Shown one piece after another: positions 9,979 to 20,126 of a stretch of DNA of 32,000 nt. The notes beneath the pieces were generated by a model. The model was given only the letters and a program-made list of their open reading frames with translations, searched no databases and was not told the origin of the DNA. The translations under genes and the position numbers were made by a program. Positions within the stretch are counted from its first letter, which is position 1; every line of letters begins with the position of its first letter. The DNA comes from Bacillus subtilis subsp. subtilis str. 168 (GTDB taxonomy: Bacteria > Bacillota > Bacilli > Bacillales > Bacillaceae), in contig NC_000964.3 of the NCBI RefSeq assembly GCF_000009045.1, positions 240,001 to 272,000 of the forward strand, in the 5' to 3' direction.

Positions 9979-11319
9979 TTGAAACGAATGATAGTGAGAA
10001 TGACCCTGCCGCTGCTGATCGTTTGTCTGGCGTTTTCTTCTTTTTCAGCCTCAGCCCGTGCTGCTTCTGAAGAAAAATATTGGGATCACTGGATTGAACG
10101 ACATGCACAGCCTCTGGATGCTTCCAATGCTTCAAACAAAGACCTTCGATTTCTAAAAAAGGTGCTGAAGGGAAAACGAATCGTTCAGTTAGGAGAAACC
10201 ACACACGGTGCTGGCGAAATCAATGCCACAAAGGTCAGAATGATCAAATACCTCCACGAAGAGCTGGGATACGATGTATTGGCCTTTGAATCCGGCTTTC
10301 CTGATACAAATGCATCCTACCTTAATATGGACCAATTAACCCCTAAAAGCACGATGAAAAACTCCATTTACGCTGTATGGCACACAGAAGATGTCGTCGA
10401 ATTGTTTGATTACATGAAAGAGCAAAAAGAGAAAGGCGATCCGCTGATCCTTACCGGTTTTGATATTCAAAGCATGAAGAATTCATTCAATGTAGCTGCG
10501 ACTCAATGGGTAAAAGCGGTGGACCCTGAGAAAGCAGAGTTGCTCTCCCAATCAGAAAATGATTTTTCAACATTAGTGACAGACAGCAATACGTTTGATG
10601 AATTTTCGCAAAAGAAGGAAAAGCTTGTGAAAAACTATCAGAAGCTGATCAAGTTCACTAAAACACATGCTTCAGAGCTAAAAGAAAACCTTCCAAAAGA
10701 GCCGAAAGCTTATGAGATGTTTATGCATTCTCTTCAGCTGAGAATTGACGTAATGGAAACATATATGCTGGAAGAAATGAAAGAAAAACTAGAGGAGTAT
10801 CCGGAGAATATTGAGGATTTTTCATTCTTTATGAGAGACCGCATGATGGCTGAACAATTTCAGTGGGTAGCCGACACCCTTTATCCGAAAAAGAAAATCA
10901 TTGTCTGGGGCCACAATTACCATCTACGCAAACAGAATACGAAGATGATAAAGGACTGGGTACAGCTAAACGGCCCTAACATGGGTGATTATTTGCCGGA
11001 GCGGCTGAAAAAACAAACATATACGATTGGCATTTATGCTTACTCAGGTGCGAGTCTTGATAGCTCCGATAATAAGACTGTTAAGCCGGTTACAAGCCCG
11101 CCGCCGTCTGGGAGCCTTGAAGCTTTGCTGAAAGCGGCGGACCGACCGGCTGTTTTTGTTGATTTTCTCCATACAAAAAACAAGAAAGGCACTTCGTGGA
11201 TGTATACCCCGCGGACTGCGCTCTATTGGGGGTACATGGAAGAGCAGATGATCCTGAAGGAACAATATGACGGTGTCATTTGGCTGGAGCATATCACGCC
11301 CTCTGTCATTATCAAGTGA
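9979..11319 (+). CDS. ybfO: Erythromycin-esterase-family protein, secreted
   Basis: 446 aa from TTG 9979 (RBS AAAAGGAG); signal peptide then QLGETTHGAGEINATK and IVWGHNYHLRK motifs. Longer ORF to 9901 would cross the promoter and terminator. Confidence 0.88.
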   Translation: MKRMIVRMTLPLLIVCLAFSSFSASARAASEEKYWDHWIERHAQPLDASNASNKDLRFLKKVLKGKRIVQLGETTHGAGEINATKVRMIKYLHEELGYDVLAFESGFPDTNASYLNMDQLTPKSTMKNSIYAVWHTEDVVELFDYMKEQKEKGDPLILTGFDIQSMKNSFNVAATQWVKAVDPEKAELLSQSENDFSTLVTDSNTFDEFSQKKEKLVKNYQKLIKFTKTHASELKENLPKEPKAYEMFMHSLQLRIDVMETYMLEEMKEKLEEYPENIEDFSFFMRDRMMAEQFQWVADTLYPKKKIIVWGHNYHLRKQNTKMIKDWVQLNGPNMGDYLPERLKKQTYTIGIYAYSGASLDSSDNKTVKPVTSPPPSGSLEALLKAADRPAVFVDFLHTKNKKGTSWMYTPRTALYWGYMEEQMILKEQYDGVIWLEHITPSVIIK

Positions 11320-11325
11320 GCGGTG

Positions 11326-11350
11326 TCCCCTGTGGTAAACAGGGGATTTT
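11326..11350 (+). terminator. Terminator after ybfO
   Basis: TCCCCTGTggtaaACAGGGGATTTTT. Confidence 0.85.
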
Positions 11351-11426
11351 TACATATCGCAAAAATAATCAAAACATATAATCCGTGATCCATTATTCTA
11401 AAACAGAAAGGAGATTGGAGCGTGCA

Positions 11427-12314
11427 ATGTATTATGAAAAAGCTGTCCAGAAAACAATCAATTGGATTGAATCACATTTACATGAGCAAATATCAAACGA
11501 GGATATTGTTAACGTTTCAAGCTTTTCAAAATTCCATTTTCATCGGATTTTTCAAAAAGAAGTCGGCATGTCGGTTGCTTCTTATATTCGGTTAAGACGT
11601 CTTGCGAATGCGGCGGCAGCTTTGCTTTATACAGATCATCGTATTATCGATATTGCTTTGTATTATCAGTTTGAATCTCAAGAAGCATTTACGAGGACGT
11701 TCAAAAAGATGTATCACATGCCGCCAGGAGCATACCGAACATTTATGAAACGCTTTACTTCAAAAAAGGAGGAATCTTACATGGAGAAAAAAATGAAAGG
11801 CTGGGTATTGAGCGGGAGCCATCCGTTCCAATTCGAAATGGGGATTGACCGGGAAAATGTACATCAGGGAAAAGCTTCAGGGTATTTAAAGTCAACGATG
11901 GTTCAGGATATCGGTGAATTTGCGACGATGATGCAGCAATTCAAAGCAGATCGCTATCTAGGAAAAAGGCTTCGTCTATCAAGTTTTATCAAAACAAAGG
12001 GGGTGCAGCATTTTGCCTCACTTTGGATGCGGGTTGACAGTGCTGCTGATGATGTTCTCCAATTTGATAATATGAGCAACAGACCTATTACCGGAACAAC
12101 CAATTGGAATCATTATGCTATCGTTTTAGATGTCCCAGAAAATAGCGCTGTGATATCTTTTGGCGTTCAATTATCTGGGCCGGGTCAGGTGTGGATGGAT
12201 CATGTTGTTTTTGAAGAGGTAGATGAGAGCGTTCCTTCAACAAACCTTGAAATGCCGGGAGAACTTTTAGATGAACCGGTAAATTTATCTTTTGAAGAGG
12301 AACTACAAAAATAG
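11427..12314 (+). CDS. ybfP: AraC-family transcriptional regulator with extra C-terminal beta-sandwich-like domain
   Basis: 295 aa from ATG 11427; IDIALYYQFESQEAFTRTFKKMYHMPPGAYR signature in N-terminal half. Confidence 0.88.
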   Translation: MYYEKAVQKTINWIESHLHEQISNEDIVNVSSFSKFHFHRIFQKEVGMSVASYIRLRRLANAAAALLYTDHRIIDIALYYQFESQEAFTRTFKKMYHMPPGAYRTFMKRFTSKKEESYMEKKMKGWVLSGSHPFQFEMGIDRENVHQGKASGYLKSTMVQDIGEFATMMQQFKADRYLGKRLRLSSFIKTKGVQHFASLWMRVDSAADDVLQFDNMSNRPITGTTNWNHYAIVLDVPENSAVISFGVQLSGPGQVWMDHVVFEEVDESVPSTNLEMPGELLDEPVNLSFEEELQK

Positions 12315-12510
12315 TTTTCAGACAACTACTTTTATTAGTGAGTTAATGGAAAATACTATTTGTTATTAATAAACCCTTGTGCTGCTTAGGTTTGTAAGAG
12401 CTTGGATATTTTTATCAGTCTGGGCGGATCTGTTCATCTTTGCGGCATTTTCCTGTATGATATAGTAAGAGTGTGCATAGCAACTAACTATAATTGAACA
12501 GGGTGTTTAA

Positions 12511-13481
<971 letters not shown>

Positions 13482-13482
<1 letters not shown>

Positions 13483-13518
13483 AAAAAGAACACCTCGTAT
13501 TGAGGTGTTCTTTTTTTC
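13482..13518. terminator. Bidirectional terminator between convergent trhO and gltP
   Basis: AAAAAAAGAACACCTCgtatTGAGGTGTTCTTTTTTT. Confidence 0.9.
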
Positions 13519-14762
13519 TATATGCTTTCAGTTTGGCTGTTTGCGGAAACCCATTCTTTTTGGCGGAAGGCCTTTTCCCATTTTGATACCACGATACAGG
13601 CGATCGCATGTCCCGGTACGTTCACGCCTGTTCTCGCCATGTCCATGACGCGGTCAACACCCGCGATAATGGCAACGCCTTCAGCCGGCAGTCCTACAGC
13701 ATTGGCAGTCGCCAGAAGAACTACAAGCGATCCTGAGGGTACAGCTGCAATGCCTTTACTGGTCATCACAAGCACAAGCATCATGAGCAGCTGCTGGGAC
13801 AATGTCATGTCTACTTGAAAGGCCTGTGCGAGAAAGATACAAGAAACCGATAAATATAAGCTGGAGCCGTCACAGTTCAATGACAAGCCGGAGGGAACGA
13901 CAAATGATACCACTCGTTTGGGACAGCCGTATTTCTCCATTCTATCCATCAGCTGAGGGAGAATGGTTTCAGTGCTTGTGGTGGAAAATGCAATTAAAAA
14001 CAGATCCCATATCATTTTCAATACTTCGAAATACTTAATCTGAAAGATGAGACCGACAAGCGGAAAGAGGACAAAGAGGATCAGGAACAGGCCAAGGAAT
14101 ACGGTGCCAACCAGCTTAAACATAGGGAGGAGGAGTTCAATGCCATATTGGCCTACAGAAGCAGCCATCAGGGCTAACACGCCGATAGGAGCAGTGACCA
14201 TGACGATTTGCGTGAGCTTGAACATAATCTGAGCTGTAGATTCAAAAAACTTCATTACTGGTTCAGAAGCTTTGCCGATACCAGCTGCGGCGACACCAAA
14301 TAAAATGGCGAAGAAAATAACGGCAAGCAAATCATTTCTGGCCATGACATCAATAATGTTTGTAGGGATAATATCCAGGATCATTTGCTTGAAATCAACA
14401 ACTTTGTCTGTGTAGCCGGAAAGTTCATGAATATCTTTTTTTGCCAAATGGGAGAGGTCAAGCCCGACACCTGGTTTTAAGACATTCGCTAATAAAAGTC
14501 CAAGCCCTAATACCAACGTTGTAATCACTTCGAACCAAATGATCGTCTTGATGCCGAGACTGCCCATTTTTTTCATGCTTCCGCTTCCTGCGGCTCCAAT
14601 GACAATGGTAGAAAATACAATCGGCACAACAATCATTTTAATCAGGCGGATAAATCCATCTCCGACAGGCCTCAGTGCCATCCCGAAATCAGGAAAAAAG
14701 TGGCCGATCACCGCGCCGACAGCCAAAGCGATTAAAATTTGAAACGCGATTAATTTTTTCAA
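13518..14762 (-). CDS. gltP: Proton/glutamate-aspartate symporter (DAACS family)
   Basis: 414 aa; DAACS motifs (FSTTSTETILPQLM, GLSLNCDGSSLYLS, GVNVPGHAIACIVVSKWEK). Confidence 0.93.
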   Translation of the reverse strand: MKKLIAFQILIALAVGAVIGHFFPDFGMALRPVGDGFIRLIKMIVVPIVFSTIVIGAAGSGSMKKMGSLGIKTIIWFEVITTLVLGLGLLLANVLKPGVGLDLSHLAKKDIHELSGYTDKVVDFKQMILDIIPTNIIDVMARNDLLAVIFFAILFGVAAAGIGKASEPVMKFFESTAQIMFKLTQIVMVTAPIGVLALMAASVGQYGIELLLPMFKLVGTVFLGLFLILFVLFPLVGLIFQIKYFEVLKMIWDLFLIAFSTTSTETILPQLMDRMEKYGCPKRVVSFVVPSGLSLNCDGSSLYLSVSCIFLAQAFQVDMTLSQQLLMMLVLVMTSKGIAAVPSGSLVVLLATANAVGLPAEGVAIIAGVDRVMDMARTGVNVPGHAIACIVVSKWEKAFRQKEWVSANSQTESI

Positions 14763-14851
14763 ATGAATCCCCCTTTAGAACGATAGAATGTAGGCATATT
14801 CATATCATTCGTGATTCAAATGCAAACACCTTTTTTCAAGTTATTTTATTT

Positions 14852-14865
14852 TGACAGCGCTTTCA
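14852..14865 (-). promoter_or_regulatory. cre (CcpA) site upstream of gltP
   Basis: Minus strand TGAAAGCGCTGTCA matches TGWAANCGNTNWCA at 14/14. Confidence 0.7.
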
Positions 14866-14876
14866 TTATGTTGGCG

Positions 14877-14908
14877 AAAAAGTCCCCCGCAGCAGGGGGG
14901 ACTTTTTT
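14877..14908 (-). terminator. Terminator of gamA-gamP operon
   Basis: AGTCCCCCgcagcagGGGGGACT stem flanked by A-run and T-run, so functional-looking both ways. Confidence 0.85.
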
Positions 14909-16802
14909 ACTTCATTTGAATGTGCTTTAGATCTTCTTCAGAGGTATTTGTGAAAATAACCGGTGTTATGGCTGAAGCGGCATGCTGCTTGATGTAATTG
15001 AGATCAAAGGTGAGAAGCAGTTCGCCTTGTTTGACGGCTTGTCCGCTTGTGACATGTGCTTCAAAGCCTTCCCCATTCAGTTTGACGGTATCGATGCCGA
15101 CATGAATCAGGATTTCAGTGCCGCCGGCGCTCATAAAGCCGATGGCGTGTTTTGTCGGAAAAATCGAGACGATCTCGCCGTCCGCAGGTGCAACGACTTT
15201 TCCTTCTGATGGTATAATCGCAAATCCCTCGCCCATCATTTTTTCTGAAAAGACCTGATCAGGCACATCCCCTAAAGAGACTGTTTCTCCTTTAATCGGA
15301 TAAATAAAGGTCTCATCGGAATCGGGCTTCAGCGGTTTGTCAGTTACCGTGTCCAGCGCGGCGGCGGTGGCAGGGACGCCTCCGGCCATGATTGTTTTGA
15401 TGTCGTCTTTTAAGGCATCGGACTTGGTTCCGAATATTGCCTGGAAGTTGTTGTTGACCTCCAGCACACCTACTGCACCAAGCCGTTTTAATTCATCCTT
15501 GCAGACTTGGCTTGGCTGATGAACGGTCACACGAAGCCTTGTGATACATGCATCCAGGTTAGCGATATTTTGCTGTCCGCCCAAGGCCTGCAGCACGTGA
15601 AAGGCAAGCTGGTCTTTTGCAACTGGAGCTTTCTCCTCATTCTGACCGTCTTCATCTGTCTCACGGCCGGGCGTTTTCAAATTCCATTTCAGAATCGCAA
15701 ATCGGAACAAATAATAATAAATGAAAGCAAACACGATCCCGACAGGAATGACAACCCAGCCGTTTGTAGACAGTCCGTAGTTCAAGACGTAGTCAATTCC
15801 TCCGCCTGAGAACGTATAGCCGTGGCGGACATGGAATAAATCACAAACGACAAAGATGACGCCGGCAAGAATAGAGTTAATCAAATAGAGCACGGGCGCA
15901 ACGAACAAGAAAGAAAACTCAACCGGTTCTGTAATTCCGGTCAGCATAGATGTGAGCGCCGCAGAAATCATCACGCCGGAGATCATTTTTTTCTTTTCCG
16001 GACGCGCGGTATGGATAATGGCAAGAGCAACGGCCGGCAGACAGAAAATCATGTAAGGGAAATCCCCCATCATAAAGCGCCCGGCTGTCGGGTCTCCCGC
16101 GAAAAACCTTGTCAGGTCGCCGGTTACGGTGTTGCCTGTTGATGGGTCTGTGTATTCTCCCATCATAAAATAGAAAGGCGTATAAAAAATATGATGCAGG
16201 CCAAAAGGAATCAGCAAACGATAGATCGTTGCATAAAAGAACAGGCCGACTGTTGAATCGGCAATTAAACTGCTGGCTGCGTTAATTCCGTTTTGGATCA
16301 GCGGCCAAACGAATGAGAAAATGACGCCGATCACCAATGAACTGACGGAAGTAATGATCGGGACAAAGCGTTTTCCAGAGAAAAATCCAAGGACCGGATG
16401 CAGCTCGATTGATGAAAATCGCTTATATAAATAGGCGGCGAGAAGCCCGATAATGATTCCTCCGAAAACCCCCATATCAATCAGGTGCTCGGCTCCTTCA
16501 TACGGAGGCTGAAGGCCGAGTAATTTTCCCATATTGTCGAGGGTGACGGTTAAAATTAAGTATCCGATGACAGCGGCAAGTCCGGCTACACCTTCTCCGC
16601 CGGCTAATCCGATCGCGACCCCCACGGCGAAAATCAGCGGAAGGTTATCGAATACAACGCCGCCCGCATCCTTTATAATAGGGATGTTCAGTAAATCCTT
16701 GTCTCCGAAACGGAGCAAAAGACCTGCTGCCGGCAGGACGGCAACCGGAGTCATCAACGCGCGGCCAAGCTGCTGCAGAATTTGAAATGCCTTTTTAAAC
16801 AT
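14907..16802 (-). CDS. gamP: PTS glucosamine-specific EIICBA component
   Basis: 631 aa; EIIC transmembrane region, EIIB cysteine in NLDACITRLRV, EIIA motif EILIHVGIDTVKLNGEGF. Confidence 0.93.
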   Translation of the reverse strand: MFKKAFQILQQLGRALMTPVAVLPAAGLLLRFGDKDLLNIPIIKDAGGVVFDNLPLIFAVGVAIGLAGGEGVAGLAAVIGYLILTVTLDNMGKLLGLQPPYEGAEHLIDMGVFGGIIIGLLAAYLYKRFSSIELHPVLGFFSGKRFVPIITSVSSLVIGVIFSFVWPLIQNGINAASSLIADSTVGLFFYATIYRLLIPFGLHHIFYTPFYFMMGEYTDPSTGNTVTGDLTRFFAGDPTAGRFMMGDFPYMIFCLPAVALAIIHTARPEKKKMISGVMISAALTSMLTGITEPVEFSFLFVAPVLYLINSILAGVIFVVCDLFHVRHGYTFSGGGIDYVLNYGLSTNGWVVIPVGIVFAFIYYYLFRFAILKWNLKTPGRETDEDGQNEEKAPVAKDQLAFHVLQALGGQQNIANLDACITRLRVTVHQPSQVCKDELKRLGAVGVLEVNNNFQAIFGTKSDALKDDIKTIMAGGVPATAAALDTVTDKPLKPDSDETFIYPIKGETVSLGDVPDQVFSEKMMGEGFAIIPSEGKVVAPADGEIVSIFPTKHAIGFMSAGGTEILIHVGIDTVKLNGEGFEAHVTSGQAVKQGELLLTFDLNYIKQHAASAITPVIFTNTSEEDLKHIQMK

Positions 16803-16822
16803 GACAGTCTCCTTTTATTGTG

Positions 16823-17572
16823 TTATGAGAATGATGCACTCTTTAATTTTTGAGCTGCTTTATAATCGGCGATAACGGTTACATGATTGTGTTTTTGAAG
16901 AATGGAGGCTGGTACATCTGTCGTGACAGGACCTTCAGCCATCTTTTGAATGGCGTCTGCTTTTTCCTCGCCGCTTGCTAAAAGCACAATATGTTTGCTG
17001 AATTCCATGATGGTTTTAATGCCCATTGAAATCGCGAGTCTCGGAACCAGCACCGGATCGCCGCCGAAGAATCTGGCATTTGCCTGTATCGTGCTTTCCG
17101 AGAGCTTCACAACACGTGTCCGGTCTTCAAAATCAGATCCCGGTTCATTAAAACCGATATGGCCATTGGCGCCGATGCCGAGAATTTGGACATCAATGCC
17201 TCCCGCCTGGCGGATGAGATCCTCGTATACTTTGCATGCCGCCTCAAGCTGCGGATTGTCTCCTTGCGGGATATGAATATGATCAGGCTGCATATTGATA
17301 TGCTGAAAAAGATGCTCATGCATAAAATGGTTATAACTTTGCGGATGAGATGGAGAGAGACCAGCATATTCATCCAAATTAAATGTAGTAACCTTTGAAA
17401 AATCAATTTCGCCTGCCTGATAGTCTGAAATCAACTGCTTATACAAGCCGACCGGTGTGCTTCCTGTTGCCAGGCCGAGAACGGCATCTTTCTTAGCTTG
17501 TATTTGTTCTTTAATAATGGCAGCGCTTAACTTACAGAGTTCTTCGTAGTGCTCGGCGATCAGAATCTTCAT
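16823..17572 (-). CDS. gamA: Glucosamine-6-phosphate deaminase
   Basis: 249 aa from ATG 17572 behind GAGGGGGTG; LGLATGSTPVGLY and GIGANGHIGFNEPG. Confidence 0.93.
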   Translation of the reverse strand: MKILIAEHYEELCKLSAAIIKEQIQAKKDAVLGLATGSTPVGLYKQLISDYQAGEIDFSKVTTFNLDEYAGLSPSHPQSYNHFMHEHLFQHINMQPDHIHIPQGDNPQLEAACKVYEDLIRQAGGIDVQILGIGANGHIGFNEPGSDFEDRTRVVKLSESTIQANARFFGGDPVLVPRLAISMGIKTIMEFSKHIVLLASGEEKADAIQKMAEGPVTTDVPASILQKHNHVTVIADYKAAQKLKSASFS

Positions 17573-17790
17573 GTGACACCCCCTCAAAGAGATAGACAAG
17601 CACCATATTTGTTATGACCAATTTATGATACTTGTCATTACGAATTTAGCACCGCCCTTATCAAACTGTCAATATTAATTTCTGAAAATTTGTTATAAAA
17701 GAAGGATACAAATCTTTCATATTGGGAGGGCAAATGGTATTATGGTCTCAATGAAAAAGAACGGATTGCATACAGAATGGGGAGAATGAA

Positions 17791-18498
17791 ATGACAGCTT
17801 TATATTCTGTTATCAAGTTTAAAATCATTGAGTTAATTAAATCGGGCAAATATCAGGCGAATGATCAGCTGCCGACGGAGAGTGAGTTTTGCGAACAATA
17901 TGATGTCAGCAGAACAACTGTGAGACTGGCTCTGCAGCAGCTAGAGCTTGAGGGATATATTAAAAGAATTCAAGGAAAAGGGACATTTGTATCGGCGGCC
18001 AAAATACAAACGCCGATTCCGCATAAGATTACGAGCTTTGCAGAACAAATGAGAGGACTTCGTTCTGAATCAAAAGTGCTTGAGCTTGTGGTGATTCCTG
18101 CCGATCATTCCATCGCCGAGCTTTTGAAAATGAAAGAGAATGAACCTGTCAACAAGCTTGTCAGAGTCAGATACGCCGAGGGGGAACCTTTGCAGTATCA
18201 TACCTCATATATTCCCTGGAAGGCGGCACCGGGGCTGGCGCAGGAGGAATGCACCGGCTCGCTGTTTGAATTGTTAAGGACAAAATACAATATTGAAATC
18301 AGCAGGGGCACGGAATCGATCGAACCGATTTTAACGGATGAAACGATCAGCGGACACTTATTAACCAATGTCGGAGCGCCTGCGTTTTTATCAGAATCCC
18401 TTACCTATGATAAAAATGAAGAAGTGGTGGAATATGCGCAAATTATTACACGGGGAGACCGAACGAAATTCACCGTAGAACAGTCATATCATTCATAA
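17791..18498 (+). CDS. gamR: GntR/HutC-family repressor of gamAP
   Basis: 235 aa; w[39 protein letters not shown] domain. Confidence 0.93.
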
Positions 18499-18531
18499 AG
18501 CAATGTGTTTTAAGAAGGGAATGGTGGTTCT

Positions 18532-18807
18532 ATGTTTTTATTTACGAATGGAAAAGTGCTGTGGGGAGCAGTGATTGCTGCATTCATCCTTTCAATTGTA
18601 TTTTACCCTTTTCTGCCGACGCAGATGCCGATTCATTATGATGTTGCGAACAGTCCGGATCTGACGGTTAACAAGCTGGCGGGGACTGTGATGCTGCCTG
18701 TTTTGATGGTGGTGTTTGCATGGGCGCGGAAGATCAATTGGCAATTTGTATTCGCAGTGTATATTTTGCTGATTTGCCACATTGTCGTCCTTTGTTTAGC
18801 GCTCTAA
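18532..18807 (+). CDS. ybgB: Small membrane protein, DUF1648-like
   Basis: 91 aa, 3 hydrophobic segments with PFLPTQMPIHYDVANSPD. Confidence 0.85.
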   Translation: MFLFTNGKVLWGAVIAAFILSIVFYPFLPTQMPIHYDVANSPDLTVNKLAGTVMLPVLMVVFAWARKINWQFVFAVYILLICHIVVLCLAL

Positions 18808-18810
18808 ATC

Positions 18811-18842
18811 AAACAGCCAGAATAAAACTGGCTGTTTTCTTT
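18811..18842 (+). terminator. Terminator after gamR-ybgB
   Basis: AAACAGCCAGaataaaaCTGGCTGTTTTCTTT. Confidence 0.85.
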
Positions 18843-18897
18843 AATTTCAGCTTCATCTGACAATGAATGTGGTGTATAATAGCTGATGATCCTAAAG

Positions 18898-18912
18898 AAT
18901 ATTCTGAAATTT
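18898..18912 (+). promoter_or_regulatory. CodY box upstream of ilvK
   Basis: AATATTCTGAAATTT, 13/15 match to AATTTTCWGAAAATT, downstream of TATAAT at 18875-18880. Confidence 0.65.
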
Positions 18913-19015
18913 ATAGGTGTGAAGCGGCGTATTATTAAAGGAAAGGCTGTATACTTTTTGCAGCTTTAAAAAGACTGAATATTTAAACAATTATGTGAAA
19001 GGTGTGCTGATTAGA

Positions 19016-20086
19016 TTGAATAAGCTTATTGAACGAGAAAAAACTGTATATTATAAGGAAAAGCCCGACCCGTCTTCCTTGGGGTTTGGACAATATTTTA
19101 CAGATTATATGTTTGTGATGGACTACGAAGAGGGGATTGGATGGCATCATCCGAGAATTGCGCCGTACGCACCGCTTACGCTTGATCCGTCTTCATCTGT
19201 TTTTCATTACGGCCAGGCTGTTTTTGAAGGATTAAAAGCATACAGAACAGACGACGGCAGGGTGCTGCTGTTCCGTCCGGATCAAAATATCAAACGGCTG
19301 AACAGATCGTGTGAGCGCATGAGCATGCCCCCTTTAGACGAAGAGCTGGTGCTTGAGGCATTGACGCAATTAGTTGAGCTGGAGAAAGATTGGGTTCCAA
19401 AGGAAAAAGGAACGTCACTGTATATTCGTCCTTTTGTCATTGCCACAGAACCGAGTCTCGGTGTGAAGGCATCCAGGAGCTATACATTTATGATCGTGCT
19501 TTCGCCTGTCGGCTCCTATTATGGCGACGATCAGCTGAAGCCGGTTAGAATCTATGTCGAAGATGAGTATGTGAGGGCGGTCAACGGAGGAGTCGGGTTT
19601 GCAAAAACGGCTGGAAACTATGCCGCCAGTCTTCAGGCACAGCGGAAAGCGAATGAACTGGGCTATGACCAGGTACTGTGGCTGGACGCCATCGAAAAGA
19701 AATATGTGGAAGAAGTAGGGAGCATGAACATCTTTTTCGTCATAAACGGGGAAGCTGTCACACCTGCTTTAAGCGGAAGCATTTTAAGCGGGGTTACACG
19801 TGCGTCTGCGATTGAATTGATTCGAAGCTGGGGCATTCCGGTTCGTGAAGAGAGAATATCGATTGATGAGGTGTATGCGGCCTCTGCACGCGGAGAATTG
19901 ACAGAGGTCTTTGGCACAGGCACGGCAGCAGTCGTTACGCCTGTCGGTGAACTCAACATCCATGGAAAAACGGTGATTGTAGGCGACGGGCAAATCGGGG
20001 ACCTCTCGAAAAAGCTGTATGAAACGATAACAGATATTCAGCTTGGCAAGGTAAAAGGCCCGTTTAACTGGACAGTGGAAGTGTGA
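19016..20086 (+). CDS. ilvK: Branched-chain amino acid aminotransferase
   Basis: 356 aa from TTG 19016 (NKLIEREKTVYYKEK...); class IV PLP signature EVFGTGTAAVVTPVG (YbgE). Confidence 0.92.
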   Translation: MNKLIEREKTVYYKEKPDPSSLGFGQYFTDYMFVMDYEEGIGWHHPRIAPYAPLTLDPSSSVFHYGQAVFEGLKAYRTDDGRVLLFRPDQNIKRLNRSCERMSMPPLDEELVLEALTQLVELEKDWVPKEKGTSLYIRPFVIATEPSLGVKASRSYTFMIVLSPVGSYYGDDQLKPVRIYVEDEYVRAVNGGVGFAKTAGNYAASLQAQRKANELGYDQVLWLDAIEKKYVEEVGSMNIFFVINGEAVTPALSGSILSGVTRASAIELIRSWGIPVREERISIDEVYAASARGELTEVFGTGTAAVVTPVGELNIHGKTVIVGDGQIGDLSKKLYETITDIQLGKVKGPFNWTVEV

Positions 20087-20092
20087 AAATCG

Positions 20093-20126
20093 AAAAAGAA
20101 CCTGCCCGGAGGCAGGTTCTTTTTAT
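20093..20126. terminator. Bidirectional terminator between convergent ilvK and ybgF
   Basis: AAAAAGAACCTGCCcggaGGCAGGTTCTTTTT, overlaps the ybgF stop codon. Confidence 0.9.
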
